A stretch of 64,000 nt of DNA from Dehalococcoidia bacterium (GTDB lineage: Bacteria > Chloroflexota > Dehalococcoidia > Lucifugimonadales > JAGWBF01). A program made the translations under genes and the position numbers. The stretch is taken from assembly GCA_963663025.1 (NCBI GenBank), contig OY760073.1, positions 937,354-1,001,353 on the forward strand. The letters run 5' to 3'. The first letter of the stretch is position 1. Each line of letters begins with the position of its first letter. The notes beneath the pieces are model-generated. The model ran no database searches and was not told the DNA's origin. It saw only the letters and a program-made list of their open reading frames with translations. Shown here in pieces: positions 54,797 through 62,181 of the stretch.

Positions 54797-56254
54797 CTAG
54801 CCTGCCTGTGCGCCCAGACCGGAGGCCTCCGGCACAGGATGGAGTACAGGAGAACCATCTTCGGCGACCTGAATCACCTCGCCGATGCCGGTCCTCCCGG
54901 CATAGGAGATCGCCGACTCCAGGGACATGCCGCAGACATCCAGTTCGACTGAGCGGCCCTGGCTTCTAAGCTCTTCCGCCAACTTCAGCGCTTCCTGGTA
55001 TGCGCCGTTGGAAGGAAGGATCAAGGCGCCCATGGCCATGGAATTGTCTGCTTCTCGGTGCGACACTCGGGCGCTAAGAATGTCTTCCAGCAACTCTACG
55101 GTGTATGCGAACCCCAAGACGGGTATGTCCACTTCGCTTCCGAGGTCCCTTGCAAGTGTATCGCACCTCCCCCCACCGGCGACGGAGTAAGTCAGGGAAG
55201 CGTGCTTGATTTCGAAGATAAGCCCGGTGTAATAGGCGATGTCTCGCGCCAGCCCGAAATCCAGCACAAGGGACTCGGTCGGGACGATTGCCCCGTCGAT
55301 GAGGTATAGGGTCTCTTCCAGGCGGTCCAGGGCGGATGAGTCGAGGCCGCTGGACCCGATTATCTCCCTAGCGGCCTTGAAGCTGCCTTCGGGGCTGCCC
55401 CGCACCCCGGCCAGGGAAGCGACAAGGTCAAATCCCATTTCAAGCTTCCCGGGGTCGTCGGCGCCTTTGAACTTGGTGAGCAGGCGCTCCACAATGCCAT
55501 GGGGTTCCCTTTGGCCCAGGGAACCCACCTCTCCCCACTGGATCATTCCGTGCAGCAGGCTCCGAGCTTCCTCGTCGGGCATTTCGCGAATTCTGGCAGC
55601 CAATTCGCCTTCTTCATCTTCGATCCCCACAAGGTGCAGGGTCCTGGCCTGCCCTCGAACGTTCTCCATTCCAGTTTGCCCGGATTTGAGCTCCCCGATG
55701 CTGCTCAAAATGAACATCGTGGAGCGTTCGGACAACTCCAGTTGGTGCAGAAGATGGTGCAGCACACCCACATCGCTAAGCTCGATGGTGTTATCGGATA
55801 TGCCGAGGTTGGCTAAAGACGCGTAGCTGAGAGACAGGATTTCGGCGTCGGCCCTTGGCCCGGCGGCCCCCAGGATCTCGACTCCAGCCTGGGTGTATTG
55901 CCTGAAGGAACCCTCATCACCATCATAGCGGAACACCGGCCCGGCATATTGGATTCGGGCGGGAAGGGGTGGTGGGGGGTCCGATTCGACATAGCTTCTA
56001 AGTACCGAACTGGTGTACTCCGGCCTTAGGCTGACGTGATTTCCGCCGGGGTCCACGAAGCTGTACATGCGGGCGGCAATCTCCCCTCCCGATTTCCGCA
56101 GGAATAGCTCGGTTGGTTCCAGGATGGGGGTATCCAGGAGTTTGTAGCGGTGGAGGGAGAAGAAGGTCCTGAGCTTCTCTTGGACTGCCATCAAGGGCTG
56201 CCAGGCAGGCTCAGGGAGGTCGCGCATCCCCTTTAGGTGGTACAGCTTATCCAT
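54797..56254 (-). CDS. hisZ: histidyl-tRNA synthetase-like protein (HisZ regulatory subunit or HisS paralogue)
   Basis: MDKLYHLKGMRDLPEP...LRPEYTSSV...GPVFRYDGDEGSFRQYTQAGVEILG...ARDIAYYTGLIFE...VAGGGRCDTL. An anticodon-binding-domain-like C-terminus follows. It lies 5 nt upstream of hisG. The first 103 codons of the track ORF overlap the SDR gene and are rejected. Confidence 0.7.
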   Translation of the reverse strand: MDKLYHLKGMRDLPEPAWQPLMAVQEKLRTFFSLHRYKLLDTPILEPTELFLRKSGGEIAARMYSFVDPGGNHVSLRPEYTSSVLRSYVESDPPPPLPARIQYAGPVFRYDGDEGSFRQYTQAGVEILGAAGPRADAEILSLSYASLANLGISDNTIELSDVGVLHHLLHQLELSERSTMFILSSIGELKSGQTGMENVRGQARTLHLVGIEDEEGELAARIREMPDEEARSLLHGMIQWGEVGSLGQREPHGIVERLLTKFKGADDPGKLEMGFDLVASLAGVRGSPEGSFKAAREIIGSSGLDSSALDRLEETLYLIDGAIVPTESLVLDFGLARDIAYYTGLIFEIKHASLTYSVAGGGRCDTLARDLGSEVDIPVLGFAYTVELLEDILSARVSHREADNSMAMGALILPSNGAYQEALKLAEELRSQGRSVELDVCGMSLESAISYAGRTGIGEVIQVAEDGSPVLHPVPEASGLGAQAG

Positions 56255-56331
56255 TGAACTAGGTAGAAGTATTGTACACCAGAGGCGAATCTCAGGAAAA
56301 CAGGAATCCTTGGTATGGGCTAGGTCGCGGA

Positions 56332-57093
56332 CTACGGATGAGCCATCAGGCCGCCGTCCACGTAGATGGGCTGACCCGTAGTGTAGTCGCAGGAATCGGA
56401 CGCCAAGTACATCAGAAGGGGGCCTATGTCCCTTGGATGGCCCTTGCGCCTCAGAGGAATATAACGCACCAGCAGTTCTTTTTGAGCTTCTTCGGGGTCT
56501 AGTTCCTCGGTAGTGCTCCATCCCGTACCTATGACGTTTACGCGTATATTGCTTCGCCCCCACTCCAAGGCAAGGGCCCGTGTAAGCTGGAGGACCGCCC
56601 CCTGGCTTGCGCAGTACACCCCCGACTCAGACAGTCCTCTCTCAGCCATGTTGTCGCTTATGTTAATGATCTTACCTCCGCCCTGGGCAAGCATCTTCTT
56701 TCCCGCAAATCGGCAGAACAGGTAAACTGGCTTGAAGTTCCGGTCCATCACCCTCTGATATTCGGCCTCGCCGGTATCGGGTAGGGGCATGCTGTGCAGA
56801 GTGCGAAAAACGTTGACCAGCACATCTATCCGCTTGTGGGTTCCGAATACTTCTTCAACCAGCGCTTCCACTGAGGCCTCGTCCGATGGATTGCACAGAA
56901 AGGAACCTGATACCTGATTCAGGGAACCGAGCATCCGTTCAGTCTCCTGGATGACCCAGGACTGCCGGTCGGCAATGACCACCTTTGCCCCCGCCTCCGC
57001 CAGCGCCATGGCCATGTAGGGGGAGGCAGCATCGCCGTCCCCTGCCAGAAGGGCTACCTTGCCGGGAAGGTTAAATTCTTCTAGAACGGGCAT
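56332..57093 (-). CDS. SDR-family protein with degenerate cofactor and catalytic motifs
   Basis: SDR-like throughout, but TGxxxGxG reads AGDGDAAS, NNAG reads VNVF, and YxxxK reads YCASQ. Confidence 0.7.
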   Translation of the reverse strand: MPVLEEFNLPGKVALLAGDGDAASPYMAMALAEAGAKVVIADRQSWVIQETERMLGSLNQVSGSFLCNPSDEASVEALVEEVFGTHKRIDVLVNVFRTLHSMPLPDTGEAEYQRVMDRNFKPVYLFCRFAGKKMLAQGGGKIINISDNMAERGLSESGVYCASQGAVLQLTRALALEWGRSNIRVNVIGTGWSTTEELDPEEAQKELLVRYIPLRRKGHPRDIGPLLMYLASDSCDYTTGQPIYVDGGLMAHP

Positions 57094-57156
57094 ATTCTTG
57101 TGCTCTGTATAACGTCTCCGGGGTTGCAGCGTTAGCACGCCAAGTTGTGGTGGGGG

Positions 57157-57960
57157 TCATTCGACTTTACCCCGGATAGTGTGGCCCGTCGGTGCGATTC
57201 CAGCAGCCAGTCCGCCCCCGTCCAGGGTGATGATCTCGCCGTTCATGTAGTCCGAGGCTGTCGAGGCTAGGAACACGGCAATGGGGCCAATGTCCTCGGG
57301 CAGCCCTAACCGTCCCGTGGGTATGGTAGCCCCCGAAGAGGGCAGGACGCCTTCCATGGCTTCCACGCCTTCCGTCGGGATGAATCCAGGAACGATGGTG
57401 TTGGCAGTTACGCCGTGCCTTGCCAGGCTAATGGCCAGCGTGCGCGTTAGCTGGATCATCCCGCCCTTGCTGCAGGCGTAGGCGTAAATGTCCCGGCCTC
57501 CCCGCATTCCGAATCCGGAAGCAACGTTGATGATCTTGCCTTGCCCCCGCTCTACCATGTGGCGTGAGACAGCCCGGGCACAGAAGAAGGCCCCGGTCAG
57601 GTTTACTTCCAGGCCGCTCCTCCATTCGTCGTCGGAGATGTCCCAGATGGGCAGTTGAGCGTTTTCGGAGGTACGCCCGGCGTTGTTCACCAGGACGTCT
57701 ATATTGCCGAACTCATTCAGGACTTTCGCCACCATGTCATTGACTTGGGAGGAGTCGCTGACATCTGTGGATATGGCCATGGCCCTTCTGCCGTGATCGC
57801 GCACCTCCTGGGCCGCCCTCTCCAGGGGCGCTTGCCTCCGGGAAGTTATTGCGATGTCCGACCCGGCTCGGGCCAGCGCTCGCACCATGGCCAGCCCCAA
57901 GCCAGTCCCGCCGCCGGTAACGATGGTTGTCTTCCCGTCAAGGCTCAAGCGTTCCAGCAT
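57157..57960 (-). CDS. SDR-family oxidoreductase (FabG-like, canonical motifs)
   Basis: VTGGGTGLGLA, VNNAG, YACSKGG and PGFIPT. The ATG shares one nt with the birA stop (TGATG). Confidence 0.85.
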   Translation of the reverse strand: MLERLSLDGKTTIVTGGGTGLGLAMVRALARAGSDIAITSRRQAPLERAAQEVRDHGRRAMAISTDVSDSSQVNDMVAKVLNEFGNIDVLVNNAGRTSENAQLPIWDISDDEWRSGLEVNLTGAFFCARAVSRHMVERGQGKIINVASGFGMRGGRDIYAYACSKGGMIQLTRTLAISLARHGVTANTIVPGFIPTEGVEAMEGVLPSSGATIPTGRLGLPEDIGPIAVFLASTASDYMNGEIITLDGGGLAAGIAPTGHTIRGKVE

Positions 57961-58790
57961 CAGGCAACCTCAAAGGCCGTTGGCCTCGCCATAGTTACTT
58001 CTCCTGCCTGCAGGACCCTGGTCTGGCCGTCTGCCAGCTTCAGCACCAGGTTCCCAATCTCGTTTACGTCCTCGGCAATGCCTCGACAGACATCATCCTG
58101 CCAAGCTACTTCCACGTGTTGGCCCAGCGTGTTCAGGCAGGAGCGGTACTCATCGAGAATCCTGGGAGATTCCGGCTCGGAATCGTCAGCCGGTGGGGCC
58201 GTTTTCTCCAGCTCAAGGTACAGGGCATCCATCTCCTGAAGCAGGTTGCGTAACAGGGGCCCTCGTTCCACTTGCATGCCGGTTTCGAGGGCAAGACTGG
58301 TGGCAGTGTGGGAGATATCAGGCATTACCGATGGGTCGAGGGCAACGTTGATGCCGATTCCCACGATAGCGTATTGCATCTGGCCTGCCAGGTACGATGG
58401 CTCGACAAGTATGCCGCAGAGCTTCTTTCCACCCACAAGCACATCGTTGGGCCACTTCAGGCGCGCTTCCAGCGGTGTGGTCTTGCTAACAGCCCGTACC
58501 ACCGCCACTCCCGCTAGCATGCTGATATATCCGGCTGAGGCCTCGCTAGGTCTCAGTATGATCGACAGGGACAGGTTTCCCCCGGGGGACACCCATTGTC
58601 TGGAAAAGCGACCCCGAGCCGCCCACTGCTCTTCGGCCACCACCACCGTACCGTCCTCAGCGCCACTATCAGCCAGGGCGGACGCTTCATCCATGGTAGA
58701 TGACACGCGCTCGTAGTGGAGGATGCGGCGGCCGATGGTCTGGGTGTAGATGCCTTCCTTCATCATGGAAGACAGCCAAGAGCTGGACAC
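57960..58790 (-). CDS. birA: biotin--[acetyl-CoA-carboxylase] ligase
   Basis: GRFSRQWVSPGGNLSLSIIL...KWPNDVLVGGKKLCGILVE. GTG 58790 lies 6 nt after GGAG. Confidence 0.88.
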   Translation of the reverse strand: MSSSWLSSMMKEGIYTQTIGRRILHYERVSSTMDEASALADSGAEDGTVVVAEEQWAARGRFSRQWVSPGGNLSLSIILRPSEASAGYISMLAGVAVVRAVSKTTPLEARLKWPNDVLVGGKKLCGILVEPSYLAGQMQYAIVGIGINVALDPSVMPDISHTATSLALETGMQVERGPLLRNLLQEMDALYLELEKTAPPADDSEPESPRILDEYRSCLNTLGQHVEVAWQDDVCRGIAEDVNEIGNLVLKLADGQTRVLQAGEVTMARPTAFEVA

Positions 58791-58822
58791 GAAATCTCCA
58801 AATCTTCGAGGCTGGACGTTAA

Positions 58823-59258
58823 TCGTGGACCGAACAGGACTATAAGCCGGGTTCTGTGCGCGGACGTTACCGCCTGCGTGGCGACCATCTATCTAGGTCC
58901 CCCGTTGCCGAGGGACTCAAGCAGCCAACCCGGGAACGGGCCGGGCGCCCGTGGTTCCCCTATTCGGCCTTGCTCCAGGTGGGGTTTGGCCGCTGAACTG
59001 TCGCCAGCCCAGCCGGACGCTCTTACCGTCCGATTTCACCCTTACCGGTACCTTCCAGATGCTTCAAGAAAGGCTTGCTTTCCTATTGGCAAATCGAGGG
59101 GATTACCCGGCGGTGTGTTTCTGTGCCACTTTCCGTCATCCCTTTAGCTGCTAGAGCTTCCGGAATGCCTGGGCGTTACCCAGCACCCTGCCCGGAGGAG
59201 CCCGGACTTTCCTCTCCCCCAGAAAACTGGGGCAGCGGTCACCCGTCCTGCTCAGTCC
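58823..59258 (-). ncRNA. rnpB: RNase P RNA, bacterial type A
   Basis: On the minus strand I read GGAGAGGAAAGUCCGGGCUCC (plus 59197-59212 region) and ACAGAACCCGGCUUA (plus 58843-58857), the universally conserved P4 strands. Also present are GGUAACGCC, GGUAAGGGUGAAA and AGCAAGGCC. P1 pairs GGACUGAGCAGGAC (5', plus 59245-59258) with GUCCUGUUCGGUCC (3', plus 58827-58840). The ends are good to a few nt. Confidence 0.9.
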
Positions 59259-59264
59259 AGGGCA

Positions 59265-59293
59265 AATCTAGCATAAGGGCAGATAGGGGTCAA
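59265..59293 (-). promoter_or_regulatory. sigma70-type promoter of rnpB (TTGACC-17-TAGATT)
   Basis: On the minus strand, TTGACC (59293-59288), a 17-nt spacer, TAGATT (59270-59265), then 6 nt to the first G of P1 (59258). Confidence 0.6.
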
Positions 59294-59312
59294 GGAAGGG
59301 AGAATGCCGTCG

Positions 59313-60014
59313 TCAGCTAACGAAAAGGATGCGTCCGCAGCTACTGCAGAGGACGGTCTCGCGCCCGCTTCGCGCTCGCTGAAGCTGATGAGTTGGAAGG
59401 GCCATTAGGCAACCCCGGCACAAGCCCCGTTCCACCTTGGCGATGGCTTGGCCTCCCTTGGCGGAACGCAATTGCTCGTAGCGGTGAAGGTCAGTTTTCT
59501 GGATAGTCAATGCCATACTCGCCCGCTGGGATTCAAGGACCTTAACCCTGTCCCCGAGCTGCGACATCTCTTCGGTTAGCTCTACCTGGTCAACCTGTCG
59601 CTGCTTCTGAGCTTCGCCCAGCTCCTCTTCCAGGGAGAGTATCTTGGACTGGAGAGACTCGATGGACTCCATGTCTTCCAGCAGCCGTTCGTCCACAGCC
59701 TGACTTTGCTCCTTCAGCGCCTCTGCTTCCTTGCCGATGGCCTCCAGCTCCCGCAAGTTCTTGATGGCCCCGCTGTAGAGTTTAGTTTCCTCTTCCTGGA
59801 GCTTCTCCTGGATTCTCTGGTTGTGAGCATCCTGTTCGGCATAGCTGGTCCTTAGCTCATCAAGAGATTCGGTCAGAGTGGCGATCTCGAATTCAAGATT
59901 GTCCAGTTGGGACCTGTCATTCAACTGGAATTCTATAGTAGCGATCCTGGCCCGACCCTCGCTAAGCGTCAGGTCCAGTTCTTGCAGGTCGTAAAGTTGC
60001 TTTGGGCTAGTCAT
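59313..60014 (-). CDS. coiled-coil protein with C-terminal C4 zinc ribbon (COG1579/DUF164-like)
   Basis: Long heptad-like Glu/Leu/Gln-rich region ending CRGCLMALP...CSSCGRILF. Confidence 0.75.
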   Translation of the reverse strand: MTSPKQLYDLQELDLTLSEGRARIATIEFQLNDRSQLDNLEFEIATLTESLDELRTSYAEQDAHNQRIQEKLQEEETKLYSGAIKNLRELEAIGKEAEALKEQSQAVDERLLEDMESIESLQSKILSLEEELGEAQKQRQVDQVELTEEMSQLGDRVKVLESQRASMALTIQKTDLHRYEQLRSAKGGQAIAKVERGLCRGCLMALPTHQLQRARSGRETVLCSSCGRILFVS

Positions 60015-60277
60015 GGTCTGGTGAGGAGCCTGGGATTGCAGGTTGTGCCCGAGTTCCTTCGTAGGATTTTAGGTACCGGTTACTGCCGTGTCAACGAAAG
60101 TCGCAGCCTTAAACGCAGGCGGCCCGTTCGTAATCACTCCGATCCTACAGAAGCGTCGACGGAGGCTACCTGTCCCTTTGCGGGGTCCCGAATTCCTTTA
60201 TGTTGGGAAAAACCACAGCTATGGAAACGCGAAAACCCTGTGTTAGGCTTTGCCGTGGTTAGACCCATTTACCATAT

Positions 60278-61282
60278 GTGATTGGAACTATCGTGAACGA
60301 AGCTATTAATTCATTTTTGAACTATCTGGTAGTGGAGAAGGGATTCTCCAGAAACACCCAGGATGCTTACAAGAACGACCTCAACCAGTTCGTCGACTAC
60401 GCCCAAGGAGGCGCCAACGGTTCAAACGGATCCAACGGTACCAACGGCTCGTGCTACAGCTGGAGGCAGGTCGATCTCAACCTTCTGACGGATTACGTTT
60501 CAAGCCTGAGAAAAAAGAAGGGCTACAGCGAGACTACAACGGCTCGGAAGGTGGCAACCCTCAAGTCATTCTTCAACTTCCTAATACAGGAAGAGGCCAT
60601 CGATCAGGACCCATCGGAATTCCTGAGTATCCCCAAGGTTGGCCGGAATCTCCCCAAGTTTCTCACCGAGGAAGAGGTGCAACGGCTGCTCCAGCTTGCA
60701 GATGCCGGTACATCTCCGGAGGACTCCAGGGACAAGGCTATCCTCGAGCTCCTATATGCCACAGGGCTTCGTGTTTCGGAGCTGATATCTCTGGACATCC
60801 ATGACGTAAACATCAAGGACGGCTATGTTCGATGCTTCGGCAAGGGAGGCAAAGAACGTATCGTTTACATCTACCCAAGGGCGGCCGAGACACTGGGCGC
60901 GTACCTGGAAAATGCCCGGCCTTCGCTCCTGTCCCACGGACACAATGGGAACCACCGGGGCAACGGTGGCCGCCCTTCGTCCAACGGTGTGGACAAGCGC
61001 GAGGAGAAGGCTCTATTCCTGAACCGCCGTGGAGACAGGCTGACCCGGCAGTGGATATGGGTGATTCTGAAGAATTACGCCGAGAAGGCGGGGTTGAAGA
61101 AGACCCTGACCCCCCATACCCTTCGCCACAGCTTTGCCACTCACATGTTGAGGGGAGGAGCATCTCTGCGTCACGTCCAGGAGCTTCTTGGACATTCCAG
61201 CATCACCACCACGCAGATATACACCCACCTGACGAACGAGCATGTGCGCCGGGAGTTTGACCGTAGCCATCCCAGGTCGTAA
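60278..61282 (+). CDS. xerD: site-specific tyrosine recombinase XerD/XerC-like, with two Asn/Gly-rich insertions
   Basis: FLNYLVVEKGFSRNTQDAYKNDL...ATGLRVSEL...HTLRHSFATHML...LLGHSSITTTQIYTH (R..HxxR..H..Y). The GTG start is uncertain (60278 or 60293). Confidence 0.8.
   Translation: MIGTIVNEAINSFLNYLVVEKGFSRNTQDAYKNDLNQFVDYAQGGANGSNGSNGTNGSCYSWRQVDLNLLTDYVSSLRKKKGYSETTTARKVATLKSFFNFLIQEEAIDQDPSEFLSIPKVGRNLPKFLTEEEVQRLLQLADAGTSPEDSRDKAILELLYATGLRVSELISLDIHDVNIKDGYVRCFGKGGKERIVYIYPRAAETLGAYLENARPSLLSHGHNGNHRGNGGRPSSNGVDKREEKALFLNRRGDRLTRQWIWVILKNYAEKAGLKKTLTPHTLRHSFATHMLRGGASLRHVQELLGHSSITTTQIYTHLTNEHVRREFDRSHPRS
60416..60451 (+). repeat. 4 x 9-bp in-frame tandem repeat (AACGGNNCN) encoding NGS-NGS-NGT-NGS
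   Basis: aacggttca aacggatcc aacggtacc aacggctcg, inside the xerD N-terminal domain. Confidence 0.85.
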
Positions 61283-61358
61283 TATCCAATAGAGCGCAGC
61301 AGCGCAACCTATTTGATGCCGTGCCTTCAACAGCGGCAGTTGGCAAGGAAGACGCAAG

Positions 61359-61814
61359 ATCAGGATCGCTGTCGGTAGCGACGAACGGACAACTCTGACC
61401 GACTTTCTCCTCGATGAGCTAAGGATGAGGAAGGCGGATGTGGTCGCCCATGGCGCCCTCCTGGAAGGGGAGGACCCCAACTGGCCAGTCGTCGCCAACC
61501 GCGTTGCCGAAGAGGTGGCCGAAGGTCGTTGTCAACAGGGCGTTCTCCTTTGCTGGACCGGTACGGGTGTCAGCATTGCCGCCAACAAGGTCCCGGGAAT
61601 CAGGGCCGCATTGTGTTCAGACGCCGAGACCGCCAGGGGTGCACGTCTGTGGAACGATGCTAATGTGCTTTGCATGAGCTTGCGTTTGACCTCTCCGCAG
61701 GTTGCAAGCGAGATTCTGGACGCGTGGTTCAGCATCACTGAGGCCGAATCCGAGGAGCTGCGCAACATCGAAATGGTGCATCGGCTGGACGCTCAACTGG
61801 CTCATCGCATCTAA
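61359..61814 (+). CDS. rpiB: ribose-5-phosphate isomerase B (RpiB/LacAB family); start codon non-canonical or mutated
   Basis: The frame is open from 61317 and reads ..RRKIRIAVGSDERTTLTDFLLDELRMRKADVV...LLCWTGTGVSIAANKVPGIRAAL...NDANVLCMS. The conserved N-terminal RIAVGSDE lies upstream of the first ATG (61425). ATC 61359 sits 7 nt after GGAAG. Confidence 0.75.
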   Translation: MRIAVGSDERTTLTDFLLDELRMRKADVVAHGALLEGEDPNWPVVANRVAEEVAEGRCQQGVLLCWTGTGVSIAANKVPGIRAALCSDAETARGARLWNDANVLCMSLRLTSPQVASEILDAWFSITEAESEELRNIEMVHRLDAQLAHRI

Positions 61815-61849
61815 TATTGCATTGGCCGATGAAGAGGGGAGGAAGTATC

Positions 61850-62176
61850 ATGCCCCAAAGAGGAAAGAGTAGGCGGACGGCCGCACGCCAGACCCAGCTA
61901 GGCCAGCGTAAGCGGAGGCAGACCAGAGGACCTTCTGGCACTCCTGCAACGCCGGAACCGAAACCGGCGTCTGAAGCGGTATCCGTTGCTGCCGAGGGCG
62001 TAAGCGTTGATGCGCTTTCCATGCCCCAGCCTTCCCCCCAAAGGCAAAGCTCGCCTCGTACATCTGAGGCGCGCCCCGCCGTCTATGCCTACGTGGCCCC
62101 GGAACTAAGGCGCATCCTGGCGTTTTCAGGCGCCACCCTGGCCATACTGATCGCCCTAACCTTCGTCCTGAGGTAG
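61850..62176 (+). CDS. small hypothetical tail-anchored membrane protein (Arg-rich N-terminus)
   Basis: MPQRGKSRRTAARQ... with a C-terminal TM segment ILAFSGATLAILIALTFVL. ATG 61850 follows GGGGAGGAAG. Confidence 0.45.
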   Translation: MPQRGKSRRTAARQTQLGQRKRRQTRGPSGTPATPEPKPASEAVSVAAEGVSVDALSMPQPSPQRQSSPRTSEARPAVYAYVAPELRRILAFSGATLAILIALTFVLR

Positions 62177-62181
62177 CCACA

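Noticed and set aside
56271-56276. A TACAAT hexamer (minus strand) 17 nt upstream of the hisZ-like ATG, considered as an internal his promoter.
   Set aside because: There is no convincing -35 element, and no SD would remain on the resulting transcript. It could be chance, so it is not reported as a feature.
60015-60277. A 263-nt divergent intergenic region, checked for tRNA, SRP RNA, tmRNA or 6S RNA.
   Set aside because: There is no T-loop (GGTTCGAATCC-like), no SRP helix-8 motif and no tmRNA signature. Only short, unconvincing complementarities are present. It is probably just divergent promoters.
60278-61282. The tyrosine recombinase as a marker of an integrated mobile element or prophage.
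   Set aside because: It is flanked by housekeeping genes (zinc-ribbon protein and rnpB on one side, rpiB and uvrC on the other). There is no adjacent tRNA, no direct repeats and no phage or transposon genes. The motifs fit chromosomal XerC/D.
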